A stretch of 64,000 bases of DNA, taken from NCBI GenBank assembly GCA_038883855.1, contig JAVZLH010000004.1, positions 1-64,000 on the forward strand, written 5' to 3'. Below, in pieces: positions 37,456 through 46,355 of this stretch. This DNA is from Candidatus Bathyarchaeia archaeon. GTDB lineage: Archaea; Thermoproteota; Bathyarchaeia; Bathyarchaeales; Bathycorpusculaceae. How positions within the stretch are numbered: position 1 is the first letter of the stretch; each line of letters starts with the position of its first letter. Both the position numbers and the translations under genes were made by a program. Under the pieces are notes generated by a model. That model saw only the letters and a program-made list of their open reading frames with translations, was not told where the DNA came from and made no database searches.

Positions 37456-38537
37456 TAACAAAAGAAGAAATAAATCAGCTAATAAGCCGCTACGATTCAA
37501 AAAAGTTGGCTATCGGCACAATCGGCTCCCACTCAGCCTTAAATATCTTTAAGGGAGCAAAGGAAGAGGGGTTCAGAACGGTCTGTATCTGCAAAGAAAA
37601 AGACCTTATAGTTTACAAGAAATTTCCGCTTGTAGACGAATTTATAATTGTGGGAGATTTCACTGAAATTTTAAAGGACGATGTGCAGGAAAAGCTGAGG
37701 AAACTGAACACTGTGATTGTTCCCCACGGGTCTTTCACAGCCTACCTAAGCACTGAAGAATTGACTGACCGCTTCTACGTGCCCATGTTCGGAAACCGCC
37801 AACTTCTCCATTGGGAGGCAAACCGTGAAAAACAGGCAGAATGGCTAAGGAGAGCAGGGCTTAAACTGCCTAAAACTTTCAAAAGCCCGGAGGAAATAAA
37901 CTGTTTAGCCATAGCGAAACTTCCTGGAGCAAGAGGGGGGAGAGGCTATTTTTTGGCTAACTCGCCTGAAACTTTTAACAAAAAGGTTAAGGAGATGGTC
38001 AGCCGCGGTTTACTCAACAAAGAAGACGTAAAAAGGATACATTTGCAGGAATATGTTTTAGGCGTGAACGTTTACCCACATTACTTCTCGTCGATAGTGA
38101 ATGGCGATGTGGAGTTCTTCGGAGTTGACAAACGCTACGAGTCAACAGTCGACGCCATTGGGCGAGTGCCGGCAAGCGAACAATTAGAATTAGGCGTAAT
38201 CCCAACATACACGATTGTAGGCAACTTTCCCCTAACACTTCGCGAATCCATTCTGCCAGAACTACTACGCATGGGCGATAATGTGCAAGAAACAGCGAAA
38301 AACCTCGCCCCGCCAGGCATAATAGGACCGTTCTGTTTAGAAACAGTCATTACCGACAACTTGGAAATCTACACTTTTGAAATTTCAGCGCGCATCGTCG
38401 CAGGGACGAACGTTGGAATTGGAACATCACCGTACGCCTATCTAAAATATGGCGAGAAAATGTATACTGGTAGAAGAATAGCTTTGGAGATTAAGGAAGC
38501 CTTAAAGAAAAGGCGAATCCAAGATGTAGTGGCGTAA
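37452..38537 (+). CDS. purP: PurP FAICAR synthetase, paralog 2
   Basis: GSHSAL, PHGSF, GARGGRGYF, DKRYES, FEISARIVAG. Confidence 0.9.
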   Translation: MITKEEINQLISRYDSKKLAIGTIGSHSALNIFKGAKEEGFRTVCICKEKDLIVYKKFPLVDEFIIVGDFTEILKDDVQEKLRKLNTVIVPHGSFTAYLSTEELTDRFYVPMFGNRQLLHWEANREKQAEWLRRAGLKLPKTFKSPEEINCLAIAKLPGARGGRGYFLANSPETFNKKVKEMVSRGLLNKEDVKRIHLQEYVLGVNVYPHYFSSIVNGDVEFFGVDKRYESTVDAIGRVPASEQLELGVIPTYTIVGNFPLTLRESILPELLRMGDNVQETAKNLAPPGIIGPFCLETVITDNLEIYTFEISARIVAGTNVGIGTSPYAYLKYGEKMYTGRRIALEIKEALKKRRIQDVVA

Positions 38538-38841
38538 ACTTAAGCTTGACCGCTGTAAAAGAATTAGAATTTATTTCTAGAATTTTCTTCTATCCTAATT
38601 TTCCATATGAGGTTATAAGGTTTGATGGGAAAAACGGGTTTGGGGAAGGGAAGGGAGAGTTGGGAGAAGAATCCTTCGGCTGGATTTTTGTGGATTTTGT
38701 TCCCCTACTTTATGAAAGGAGAAGGGTTGCAAGACAATTCCAAATTGAGATGTGGCTTGACCTTGCCCAACTTGTTAAGGAATTGGGCATCGAAAAAACA
38801 AAAGAACTATCACGAAACAACCAGCCGGTAAGCTACATAAT

Positions 38842-39609
38842 TTAGAGCTTGCAAACCTCCAGAACCCTTTTAAAGCTTTCGCGACTTCTGCTGGCTTTAT
38901 AGGCTCGCAAAGCTTGAATAATTGCTGTTTTATCTCTTTCACCGAGTTTTTCAGCAACTTTTTCCGCAACAGCTCCGCTTATGAACAAAAACTGGCAAAT
39001 TGACGTAACATTTGCTGGTTTACGGTTTAAGCTGGCGGTTTCAAAGTCGACAATAAACGGTTTCCCAAATCTATCTACAATAACGTGTTTGGGAGCGCGG
39101 CTAAGTTCCCCATGGTCCAAACCAGCCTCATCTAAACGCCAACACTGTTCCAAAACTTCACGTAAAACACGCTTGACCTCAGCCCTTTCTCTGGGCGCTT
39201 CAAGCCATTTCGGAAGTAAATCGCCCTCAACAAACGGCATTAAAAGAAAGTTTTTACTCACACCTAAAAATTTTGGTCCAACACCCACCGAGTTCGCTTT
39301 CTTAATCATTTCTGCCTCATGCTGCATTCTGGAGCGGTCAGCGTCAACCCTACGAATTTTAACAGCCAACTTTTCGCGCCCTTTGTAGGCTATTACAACT
39401 ATGCCAACACATCCTTTCCCCAAAACTTTTAGGTTAAAAGCTTCCTTTTCCCCAACGAATTCTATGGCTTCTATGCCGAGCCTTTGCAGTTCTTTTAGGC
39501 GTTTGTTTAGTTCGGCTCTGCAAGGTTTTGGGTAGCATATTACTGAGGCGAAGGGTTCCTGCCAAAGCCCTTCAAGAGCCACTTTCACTTTTACCCTATC
39601 CCCTAACAA
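38842..39609 (-). CDS. Archaeal Ser/Thr protein kinase-like (RIO/Bud32-like fold)
   Basis: LGKGCVGIV Gly-loop, AVKIRR, HGELS, IVDFE. Confidence 0.8.
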   Translation of the reverse strand: MLGDRVKVKVALEGLWQEPFASVICYPKPCRAELNKRLKELQRLGIEAIEFVGEKEAFNLKVLGKGCVGIVVIAYKGREKLAVKIRRVDADRSRMQHEAEMIKKANSVGVGPKFLGVSKNFLLMPFVEGDLLPKWLEAPRERAEVKRVLREVLEQCWRLDEAGLDHGELSRAPKHVIVDRFGKPFIVDFETASLNRKPANVTSICQFLFISGAVAEKVAEKLGERDKTAIIQALRAYKASRSRESFKRVLEVCKL

Positions 39610-39698
39610 CTCAGCAAGTGAAAGGCTTTTAAGCGTTCCATAAATTTGTCTCTTAGCACTTCAATAATTGTATAGATGAAACTGGAGATATCACCTTT

Positions 39699-41810
39699 AT
39701 GCCCAAATTTAGGCAGACAACTGAAATCCTCAAGCTAATGGGTAGAAAGGAAAGCATCCGCAACATCGGCGTAATCGCCCACATAGACCACGGAAAAACA
39801 ACAATAACAGACTCACTGCTTGCTGGAGCTGGAATGTTGCCGACTGAAATAGCTGGAAAAGCACGGGTTCTAGACTATTTGGAGGAAGAGCAAAAACGTG
39901 GAATAACAATAAAAACCGCAAACATATCCCTACTGCACAAAAAAGACGGCAACACCTACCTAATCAACTTGGCTGACACGCCGGGGCATGTGGACTTTAC
40001 TGGCAAAGTCACTAGGGCTTTAAGAGCCATAGACGGAGCAGTTGTCGTTGTGGACGCTGTGGAAGAGGTTATGGTTCAAACAGAAACCGTTACCCGCCAA
40101 GCCCTAGAAGAACGCGTCAGACCAGTGCTTTTCATAAACAAGGTTGACCGCTTAATAAAAGAGCTAAAGCTCACTCCAGAAGAGATACAAGCACGTTTTC
40201 TCCGCATAATCCGCGACTTCAACAACATAATCGAAATTTACGGAGAAGAAGAGTTTAAAGAACGTTGGAAGGTTGACCCAGCAAAGGGAAGTGTTGCCTT
40301 CGGCTCAGCCCTCCATAATTGGGGTTTCACCCTCAAGATAGCCCAAGAAAAGGGAATAAAATTCACAGAAGTAATAGACGCCTACAAAGAAGACGACTAT
40401 CAAACTTTATCCAAAACTATTCCCATCCACAACGCTATACTTGACATGGTTATAAAGAACGTTCCAAATCCAGCTGAAGCCCAAAAATACCGTATACCGA
40501 AAATATGGAAAGGCAAACTCGACTCAGATATAGGAGTGGCTATGTTGAACTGCGACGATGAAGGACCAACAACAATGGTCGTAACCATGACCCAAACAGA
40601 CCCAAAGGAAGGCGTGGTTTCAACAGGAAGACTTTTTTCAGGCTCAATAAAAGCAGATGACCAAATATATTTGATTAACGCAGGAAAAGAACAATGTATA
40701 AGGCAAGTTGCCATTTACATGGGCGCCCTAAGAGAAGTTGTGGACAAAATTTCCGCAGGAAACATAGCAGCCCTTTTAGGCGTTGAAGAAGCTAGGGCTG
40801 GAGAAACCATAGTGGCTGTTTCACATAAGGATTTCATGGTTCCCTTTGAACGCATAATTTACGTTTCCGAGCCAGTTGTGACAGTAGCCATCGAACCCAA
40901 ACGTCATGAGGATTTGCCGCGGCTTCTAGAAGCAATAAACAGACTTTCAATCGAAGACCCAAACCTTTCGGCGACAGTAAATAGGGAGACAGGCGAATAT
41001 CTTTTGAGCGGAATAGGCGAGCTCCACCTGGAAATCGCCCTAAAATTTTTAAGAGATTACAGTGAGGGAATAGAAATCGCCGTGTCAAAGCCCATGGTGG
41101 CCTACAGAGAAAGCGTCACCAAACAAGGAAAAACTGTCATGGCTAAAAGCCCCAACAAGCACAACAGTGTTTCTGTGAAAGTTGAGCCTTTAAAACAAGA
41201 GGCTGAAAACGTTTGGGCGTCTGATGAAAACAAAAACATCCTAGTAAACTTGGCAAGGGATATTGAAAATCTTCAGGACGTAAAGGAAAGCATTGTTGCT
41301 GGGTTTAAATGGGCATGTAAAGCGGGACCCTTATGCAATGAACCCTTAAGAAACGTGAAGGTTAAGCTTTTAGACGCACAACTCCACGAAAACCCTTCAC
41401 ATCGTGGTTCAGCCCAAATAATGCCCGCCATACGCAGGGCGATTTTAGGCTCTTTCCTAACGGCGAAACCAACACTTCTAGAACCCATCTACAAAATTGT
41501 GGTTTCTGTTCCACATAGGTGGATGGGTGAATGCGTAAGCATAATAACCCGAAGGGGGGGCAAGATAGTGGCTTCTGAACAGAAGGGAGCATTAACCATT
41601 ATTACTGGATACATTCCAGTTGCAGAGTCTTTGGGCTTACTTGAGGAAATGCGTTCGGCAACTTCTGGACATGCGTTTTGGCAGTGTTCCTTTGACCGCT
41701 GGGAGAAAATTCCAGAAAATATAGCAACGGGGGCTATAAAGCAAATCCGTGAAAGAAAAGGCTTGCCGCCAGAAATACCAAAACCAGAAGAGTTCGTTGA
41801 CGCCATATGA
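39699..41810 (+). CDS. Translation elongation factor 2 homolog (probable aEF-2 paralog)
   Basis: AHIDHGKTT, RGITI, DTPGHVDF, NKVD, GELHLE, HRGSAQ; not in the rpsL-rpsG context. Confidence 0.9.
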   Translation: MPKFRQTTEILKLMGRKESIRNIGVIAHIDHGKTTITDSLLAGAGMLPTEIAGKARVLDYLEEEQKRGITIKTANISLLHKKDGNTYLINLADTPGHVDFTGKVTRALRAIDGAVVVVDAVEEVMVQTETVTRQALEERVRPVLFINKVDRLIKELKLTPEEIQARFLRIIRDFNNIIEIYGEEEFKERWKVDPAKGSVAFGSALHNWGFTLKIAQEKGIKFTEVIDAYKEDDYQTLSKTIPIHNAILDMVIKNVPNPAEAQKYRIPKIWKGKLDSDIGVAMLNCDDEGPTTMVVTMTQTDPKEGVVSTGRLFSGSIKADDQIYLINAGKEQCIRQVAIYMGALREVVDKISAGNIAALLGVEEARAGETIVAVSHKDFMVPFERIIYVSEPVVTVAIEPKRHEDLPRLLEAINRLSIEDPNLSATVNRETGEYLLSGIGELHLEIALKFLRDYSEGIEIAVSKPMVAYRESVTKQGKTVMAKSPNKHNSVSVKVEPLKQEAENVWASDENKNILVNLARDIENLQDVKESIVAGFKWACKAGPLCNEPLRNVKVKLLDAQLHENPSHRGSAQIMPAIRRAILGSFLTAKPTLLEPIYKIVVSVPHRWMGECVSIITRRGGKIVASEQKGALTIITGYIPVAESLGLLEEMRSATSGHAFWQCSFDRWEKIPENIATGAIKQIRERKGLPPEIPKPEEFVDAI

Positions 41811-41837
41811 TAACGTACATTTGAGAGGTGAATTGAC

Positions 41838-42758
41838 GTGAGTGTTCAGCTTAACAGTCCACTCATGTTCAATCTGGATTTCACTTTATGCTGCGGTCAA
41901 TCTTTCAGGTGGGAAAAACTTGGTGAATGGTGGTTTGGCATTGTAAGAGACAAAGTTTTCAAAGTGCGCCAAGTTGAAGATGAACTCCAGTTTGAGGGCG
42001 CTGACAAAGACTTTGTTATGGAATACTTTGGGCTTTACGATGACTTACCGGAGATTTTGTCCAAAATAACGAAAGACCAGCATATCAAGAAGGCTGTTGA
42101 AGCCTTTAAAGGTTTACGTATTCTGCGTCAAGACCCTTGGGAATGCCTAATCTCCTACATCTGTGCAGCATACAAGAACATCCCAGCCATAAAACAAATG
42201 CTTTTTAGACTGTCCAAAAAGTTTGGAGAAAAACGCGTTTTTGACGGACGAGAATTTTACACCTTTCCAGAGCCAACCGTTCTTGCAAAGGCAAGCACGG
42301 CAGACTTATCCGAGTGCGGTTTGGGTTATAGAGCAGAGTACGTTTTGGAAACAGCTAAGAAAGTCTATAGCGGTGATGTCAGCTTAGAGGAATTGAAAAA
42401 TAGGAGTTACATGGACGCAAGAAACGAGTTGCTGAATCTTTCTGGAGTAGGCTTAAAAGTTGCCGACTGCGTTCTGCTCTTTTCCCTAGAGAAACTGGAG
42501 GCTTTTCCAGTTGACATTTGGGTAAAGCGTGCTGTTCTAAGATGTTATGCAAGCCATTTGGAAGAGGAATTCGTTGAAAGAATTTCCTCTAAAAGCTCTC
42601 TGACAAAGTCTGAGTATGAGAGGCTTAATTTTTTTGGACGAAGCTATTTTGGGGAGTACGCTGGCTACGCTCAAGAATACCTCTACCATTTTGAAAGAAC
42701 CAAACCTAAATTAGATCATTATCCTTCAAAAGCTGGGCTGCTTGAACACCGTTTGTAG
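41838..42758 (+). CDS. ogg: 8-oxoguanine DNA glycosylase (OGG1-type HhH-GPD)
   Basis: TLCCGQSFRW, GLRILRQDPWE, GLGYRA, GVGLKVADC, FPVDIW, AGYAQ. Confidence 0.9.
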   Translation: MSVQLNSPLMFNLDFTLCCGQSFRWEKLGEWWFGIVRDKVFKVRQVEDELQFEGADKDFVMEYFGLYDDLPEILSKITKDQHIKKAVEAFKGLRILRQDPWECLISYICAAYKNIPAIKQMLFRLSKKFGEKRVFDGREFYTFPEPTVLAKASTADLSECGLGYRAEYVLETAKKVYSGDVSLEELKNRSYMDARNELLNLSGVGLKVADCVLLFSLEKLEAFPVDIWVKRAVLRCYASHLEEEFVERISSKSSLTKSEYERLNFFGRSYFGEYAGYAQEYLYHFERTKPKLDHYPSKAGLLEHRL

Positions 42759-43083
42759 TTGTTATGACAACAGCCTCTGAAACAAGCCTTTCAGCGTTTA
42801 GGTAATTGTGTTGCTTTAACTGTTCAATGGCTTCTTCCAGCTTTACATTAACGTTTCGAAAACCATCAATTCCAGAAGCCCCAGCTGCAATGTTAACCTC
42901 GCCAATTAACGCCCTAAAATAAGCAACCAACAGCTTTTCAGCGCCAGAAATCTCCTTGTCCCGCACATCGCTTAAACTTTCCAGAAGTTTCGCGGCCAAA
43001 ATTAAGTTCGCCTTTATCCTCTCCGCATAATGAAACGTAATCAAAGCTTTCTTAATCTCAGACAAACGTTTCCTCTCAAACAA
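42706..43083 (-). CDS. Hypothetical helical protein
   Basis: 125-aa ORF with amphipathic helical composition; no recognisable motif. Confidence 0.6.
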   Translation of the reverse strand: MFERKRLSEIKKALITFHYAERIKANLILAAKLLESLSDVRDKEISGAEKLLVAYFRALIGEVNIAAGASGIDGFRNVNVKLEEAIEQLKQHNYLNAERLVSEAVVITTTNGVQAAQLLKDNDLI

Positions 43084-43215
43084 AAATAGCCCGACAAAAA
43101 GGATAAACCTTATGCATAAAAACCCTTAAAACCACCAACAAACAGCCTAATAAGCAACAAAATGCGGAAACCTTTAAATTACTTTTAAAAACGAATATTA
43201 GTAGACGCCTAGAAA

Positions 43216-43290
43216 GGGCCCGTAGCTCAGCTAGGTTAGAGCGACAGGCTCATAACCTGTTGGTCGCCGGTTCAAATCCGGCCGGGCCCA
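43216..43290 (+). tRNA. tRNA with CAU anticodon, most likely tRNA-Ile2 (agmatidine-modified, reads AUA); intronless, CCA not encoded
   Basis: Acceptor GGGCCCG/CGGGCCC-A, D arm GCTC/GAGC, anticodon arm ACAGG-CTCATAA-CCTGT, T loop GGTTCAAATCC. The G1 GGGCCC start fits Ile2 better than initiator Met. Confidence 0.93.
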
Positions 43291-43302
43291 CATTCGAGGT
43301 TT

Positions 43303-43782
43303 TTAAGCTTTTAATTTTTTGGCCAGTGTTGCTGTTCTTTTTCCAAGTTCTTTGCATTGTTCTAGAGCCTTTTTGTCTGGTTTTCCTACCGCTGCCGCGC
43401 CATAGTGTTTGTCATCCGCTCTTCCCTGCACTATCATGCCGTGGACTAGCATGGCGTGCAATATTGAAAGCAAGGTTGTTTCGGCGCCTGTAGCTGTCCC
43501 GCCTGAACTTGTGAAAGCTGCTCCCACTTTGCCTTCAAGTTTCCCGTGGATTTTGACAGATTCGTCGATTAACGCTTTGAGTTTAGCGCTCATCTGCCCA
43601 TAATATGTAGGGGAGCCCATCACTATTCCGTCGGCTTTTTGCATATCTTCAAGACTTGTTTGGTCGGCTCGTTTAACAACCACATTGACTCCATTTACCT
43701 CTTTGGCTCCTTCGGCAACGGCGAAAGCCATTTTCTCAGTGTTACCTGTTTTAGAATCGTAAACAACAAGAATTTGCACCAT
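43303..43782 (-). CDS. Flavodoxin-like NAD(P)H-dependent oxidoreductase (WrbA family)
   Basis: YDSKTGNTEKMA, GSPTYYG, GKVGAAFTSSG; start ATG 43782. Confidence 0.88.
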   Translation of the reverse strand: MVQILVVYDSKTGNTEKMAFAVAEGAKEVNGVNVVVKRADQTSLEDMQKADGIVMGSPTYYGQMSAKLKALIDESVKIHGKLEGKVGAAFTSSGGTATGAETTLLSILHAMLVHGMIVQGRADDKHYGAAAVGKPDKKALEQCKELGKRTATLAKKLKA

Positions 43783-43918
43783 TTTTAAACACCACCTTGA
43801 CAATTAAAGTTTCATCCTTTAAAATTTTGCCGCTTCAAAATCACCTTCCAAATAGAGCTATACAATAAAAGATTTTTCGCAAACTATAAGCGGTAAGAAA
43901 GCGCATTAAAATTGGTCA

Positions 43919-43986
43919 TGAGGAGAATGGCAATATGTTTATAGGGGAGAAAGGAGGAGGAAAATTTTTCTCTACCATTCTCCTCA
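43919..43986. repeat. Intergenic inverted repeat/hairpin
   Basis: TGAGGAGAATGG (43919-43930) is the perfect reverse complement of CCATTCTCCTCA (43975-43986). An inner G-U stem spans 43942-43951/43965-43974. Confidence 0.7.
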
Positions 43987-44064
43987 ATCATTGATTCCTA
44001 ATGCGTGCAACGGGTTGCTTTTAAACTTTTCTTTAAATTTCGAATTTAACCCTCGAAAATGGTC

Positions 44065-44646
44065 TCAGAGAACAGCGCTTGAAAAGTTCCGGTTAAATTC
44101 TTCTATGATCTCGTCAACCGTCATTAGCTTGGCGTTATAAAAATCCTGCAAATATTTCAAACCTTGCTCATGTTCTTCTTGGGTGAAGGCTTCCACACCG
44201 TCCTTAGCTATTATTATTTTGTACCCTCTGAAGAAGGCGTCTGCAGCCGTATGCCTCACACAAATGTGCGTGTGTATTCCGCATAATATGACGGTTTTCA
44301 CCCCTTCACCGTTGTATAAACTTCTTAAAAGCGGGTCTAAACCAGTTTCGAAGAAGCCGCTGTAAACTCGTTTTTCTACAATATAGTCTTTTGCAGAAGG
44401 CTCGAGTTCGGGAATAACTTCAGCCCCCTTTGTTCCTTTTATGGCGTGTTTCCCCCATTTGTGAACAACCTCGAAATCTTGCGGGTAATGGGCATCATTA
44501 CTGTATATGACTGGAACGTTGTTTTTGCGGGCGGTCTCAATAAGCCTTTTGAGGTTTGGAACTATCCGTTGGGCGCGTTCGCATTTTAACTCTCCGGTTA
44601 CGAAATCCCTTAACATGTCAATAATTATAACGGCCGCGTTGTCCAT
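44065..44646 (-). CDS. Isochorismatase/nicotinamidase-family cysteine hydrolase
   Basis: IIDMLRDF, DAH, H..KGTKGA, EKRVYSGF, GIHTHICV catalytic Cys. Confidence 0.9.
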   Translation of the reverse strand: MDNAAVIIIDMLRDFVTGELKCERAQRIVPNLKRLIETARKNNVPVIYSNDAHYPQDFEVVHKWGKHAIKGTKGAEVIPELEPSAKDYIVEKRVYSGFFETGLDPLLRSLYNGEGVKTVILCGIHTHICVRHTAADAFFRGYKIIIAKDGVEAFTQEEHEQGLKYLQDFYNAKLMTVDEIIEEFNRNFSSAVL

Positions 44647-44712
44647 AGGCGTTCACATAATTGATACACGAGTGTTAACTCTTTATACTTTTGCCAAAAT
44701 GCTTGTTAGTTT

Positions 44713-45786
44713 TTAACGGCTTGTTTCCAAAATGTAAAACCCGTCTGTAAGTTTTTCCGCTCCCCCTCTCTGCACCAAAACAGTGTCTTCTATACGCACG
44801 CCGCCATAGCCAACAAGGTATATGCCAGGCTCGTTTGTAACAACGTTTCCAGCCGCTAAAACATCTTTGCTTTCGCTGCTCAATGTTGGCGGTTCATGAA
44901 TTTCTAAGCCAACGCCATGTCCTAAGCCGTGGGTAAAATATTCTCCATAACCAGCTTCACCTATCACTTTTCTGGCTGTTGCGTCCACATTCTTTGCCTT
45001 TACCTTATGTTTAATGGTTTGGAAGGCTTTTTCCTGCGCAGTCCTAACAATTTCATAAAGCTTTCTCTGTTTCTCTGAGGGGGTCCCAGCGACAAACGTC
45101 CTCGTCATATCCGCGCGATAAAAACAGTATGTAGCGCCAATGTCGACAACTACAAGGTCTCCATCTCGGATTTCGCGGTCCGTGCATCCACCGTGGGGAA
45201 AAGCCGAGCGGGCTCCAGAGGCAACTATGGTGTCGAAGGCTGTTCCCCATGAGCCTTTCTTGCGCATAGCATATTCTATTTCCGCGGCAACCTCATACTC
45301 TTTAACGCCCGACTTTATTGTTTCATATGCAGCTTTCATTCCTCCCATTGTTAACTCCGCGGCTTTTCTCATAAATTCAAGTTCTTTCTCATCCTTTACC
45401 TTGCGCAGTTCCCAGACAAGGCTGCCCTGAACCTTTAGCTTTGTTTCTCCCTTTAGTTCTTTTTTCAAGTTTTTGTAGTTTTCATAATTAAGCGTGTCAA
45501 CAGCAAGTTTTTTGATTTCACAAGCTCTAGCTTCCTTTGCAATTTTAGCCATCAAATTTTCATTACTCCCAACCATTTCAACTCTGAAGCCTCTCACCTC
45601 AGCCTTTGCTTGCTCATAATTGACATTGTAAACATACGCTATGTTTTCTCCAAATTTAGGTATGAGTAAACATGCCAGTCCGGGGTAACCAGCGAAATAT
45701 AAAGCGCTAACTTCATTTGTAATTAGAAAGCCGTCGAATTTTTTCTCTTCGAAAGCTTTTTGCTTAAGAGCACTCACCCTATCCAT
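44713..45786 (-). CDS. Xaa-Pro peptidase (M24B)
   Basis: LRKVKD, PHG, DIGA, DMTRT, HGLGHGVGLEIHE, NEPGIY, GVRIED. Confidence 0.93.
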   Translation of the reverse strand: MDRVSALKQKAFEEKKFDGFLITNEVSALYFAGYPGLACLLIPKFGENIAYVYNVNYEQAKAEVRGFRVEMVGSNENLMAKIAKEARACEIKKLAVDTLNYENYKNLKKELKGETKLKVQGSLVWELRKVKDEKELEFMRKAAELTMGGMKAAYETIKSGVKEYEVAAEIEYAMRKKGSWGTAFDTIVASGARSAFPHGGCTDREIRDGDLVVVDIGATYCFYRADMTRTFVAGTPSEKQRKLYEIVRTAQEKAFQTIKHKVKAKNVDATARKVIGEAGYGEYFTHGLGHGVGLEIHEPPTLSSESKDVLAAGNVVTNEPGIYLVGYGGVRIEDTVLVQRGGAEKLTDGFYILETSR

Positions 45787-45850
45787 AAACTTGCCTTCTT
45801 GGAGTTAGTCATACTTTCTACTTTGGATTAAAACGTCTTGCGGTTCTGGG

Positions 45851-46144
45851 CTAGCCTCCGCTCACGATAGGCAACAACGTAACACGGTCTCCGTTATTAA
45901 GTTTCGTTTTTATTCCTTCCAGCTGGTTTATCAGATAACCGTTTACCGTGATGATGTAGTTGGGTTTCACGTCTGCTCCACCTTTGTCGTAGAAGGCTTT
46001 GCGGAAAGGTTCGCCATATTTATCAGCAAGTACCACCAGAAGCTCGGCAACAGAAGCCCCTTCCTCTACTTCGATTTCCTCCTCTCGTCCACTGCCAATA
46101 ATGTTTTTAACGTGCCCCACATATTCGACTTTGACACGCAACAC
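45851..46144 (-). CDS. MoaD/ThiS/SAMP ubiquitin-like sulfur carrier
   Basis: Beta-grasp size, VNG, GDRV, C-terminal PIVSGG; divergent from the AOR gene. Confidence 0.9.
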   Translation of the reverse strand: MLRVKVEYVGHVKNIIGSGREEEIEVEEGASVAELLVVLADKYGEPFRKAFYDKGGADVKPNYIITVNGYLINQLEGIKTKLNNGDRVTLLPIVSGG

Positions 46145-46355
46145 CAGACACCAGCACTCTAAATGTAATTCAAGAAATGAGGGGTTATTATCATTTCGGT
46201 TTCTATAATCAACAAAATCAACGTCTCAAAACAGAACCTATAAGAGTTTAACGTATCCTTGCAGAATGTGTAAATAATAAAACAAGACAGATACCTTAAT
46301 ATATATACACATAAAGTTTAATTCTCACTAAAACAGTGCGTAGGGAGGAAACGGA

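Noticed and set aside
38546-38845. 99-aa and 69-aa overlapping ORFs between purP and the kinase
   Set aside because: No motifs and competing frames; neither can be supported as a gene, although a small or decayed gene is possible.
43260-43493. 77-aa ORF MVAGSNPAGPT...
   Set aside because: It begins inside the tRNA T-arm and is antisense to the flavodoxin-like gene.
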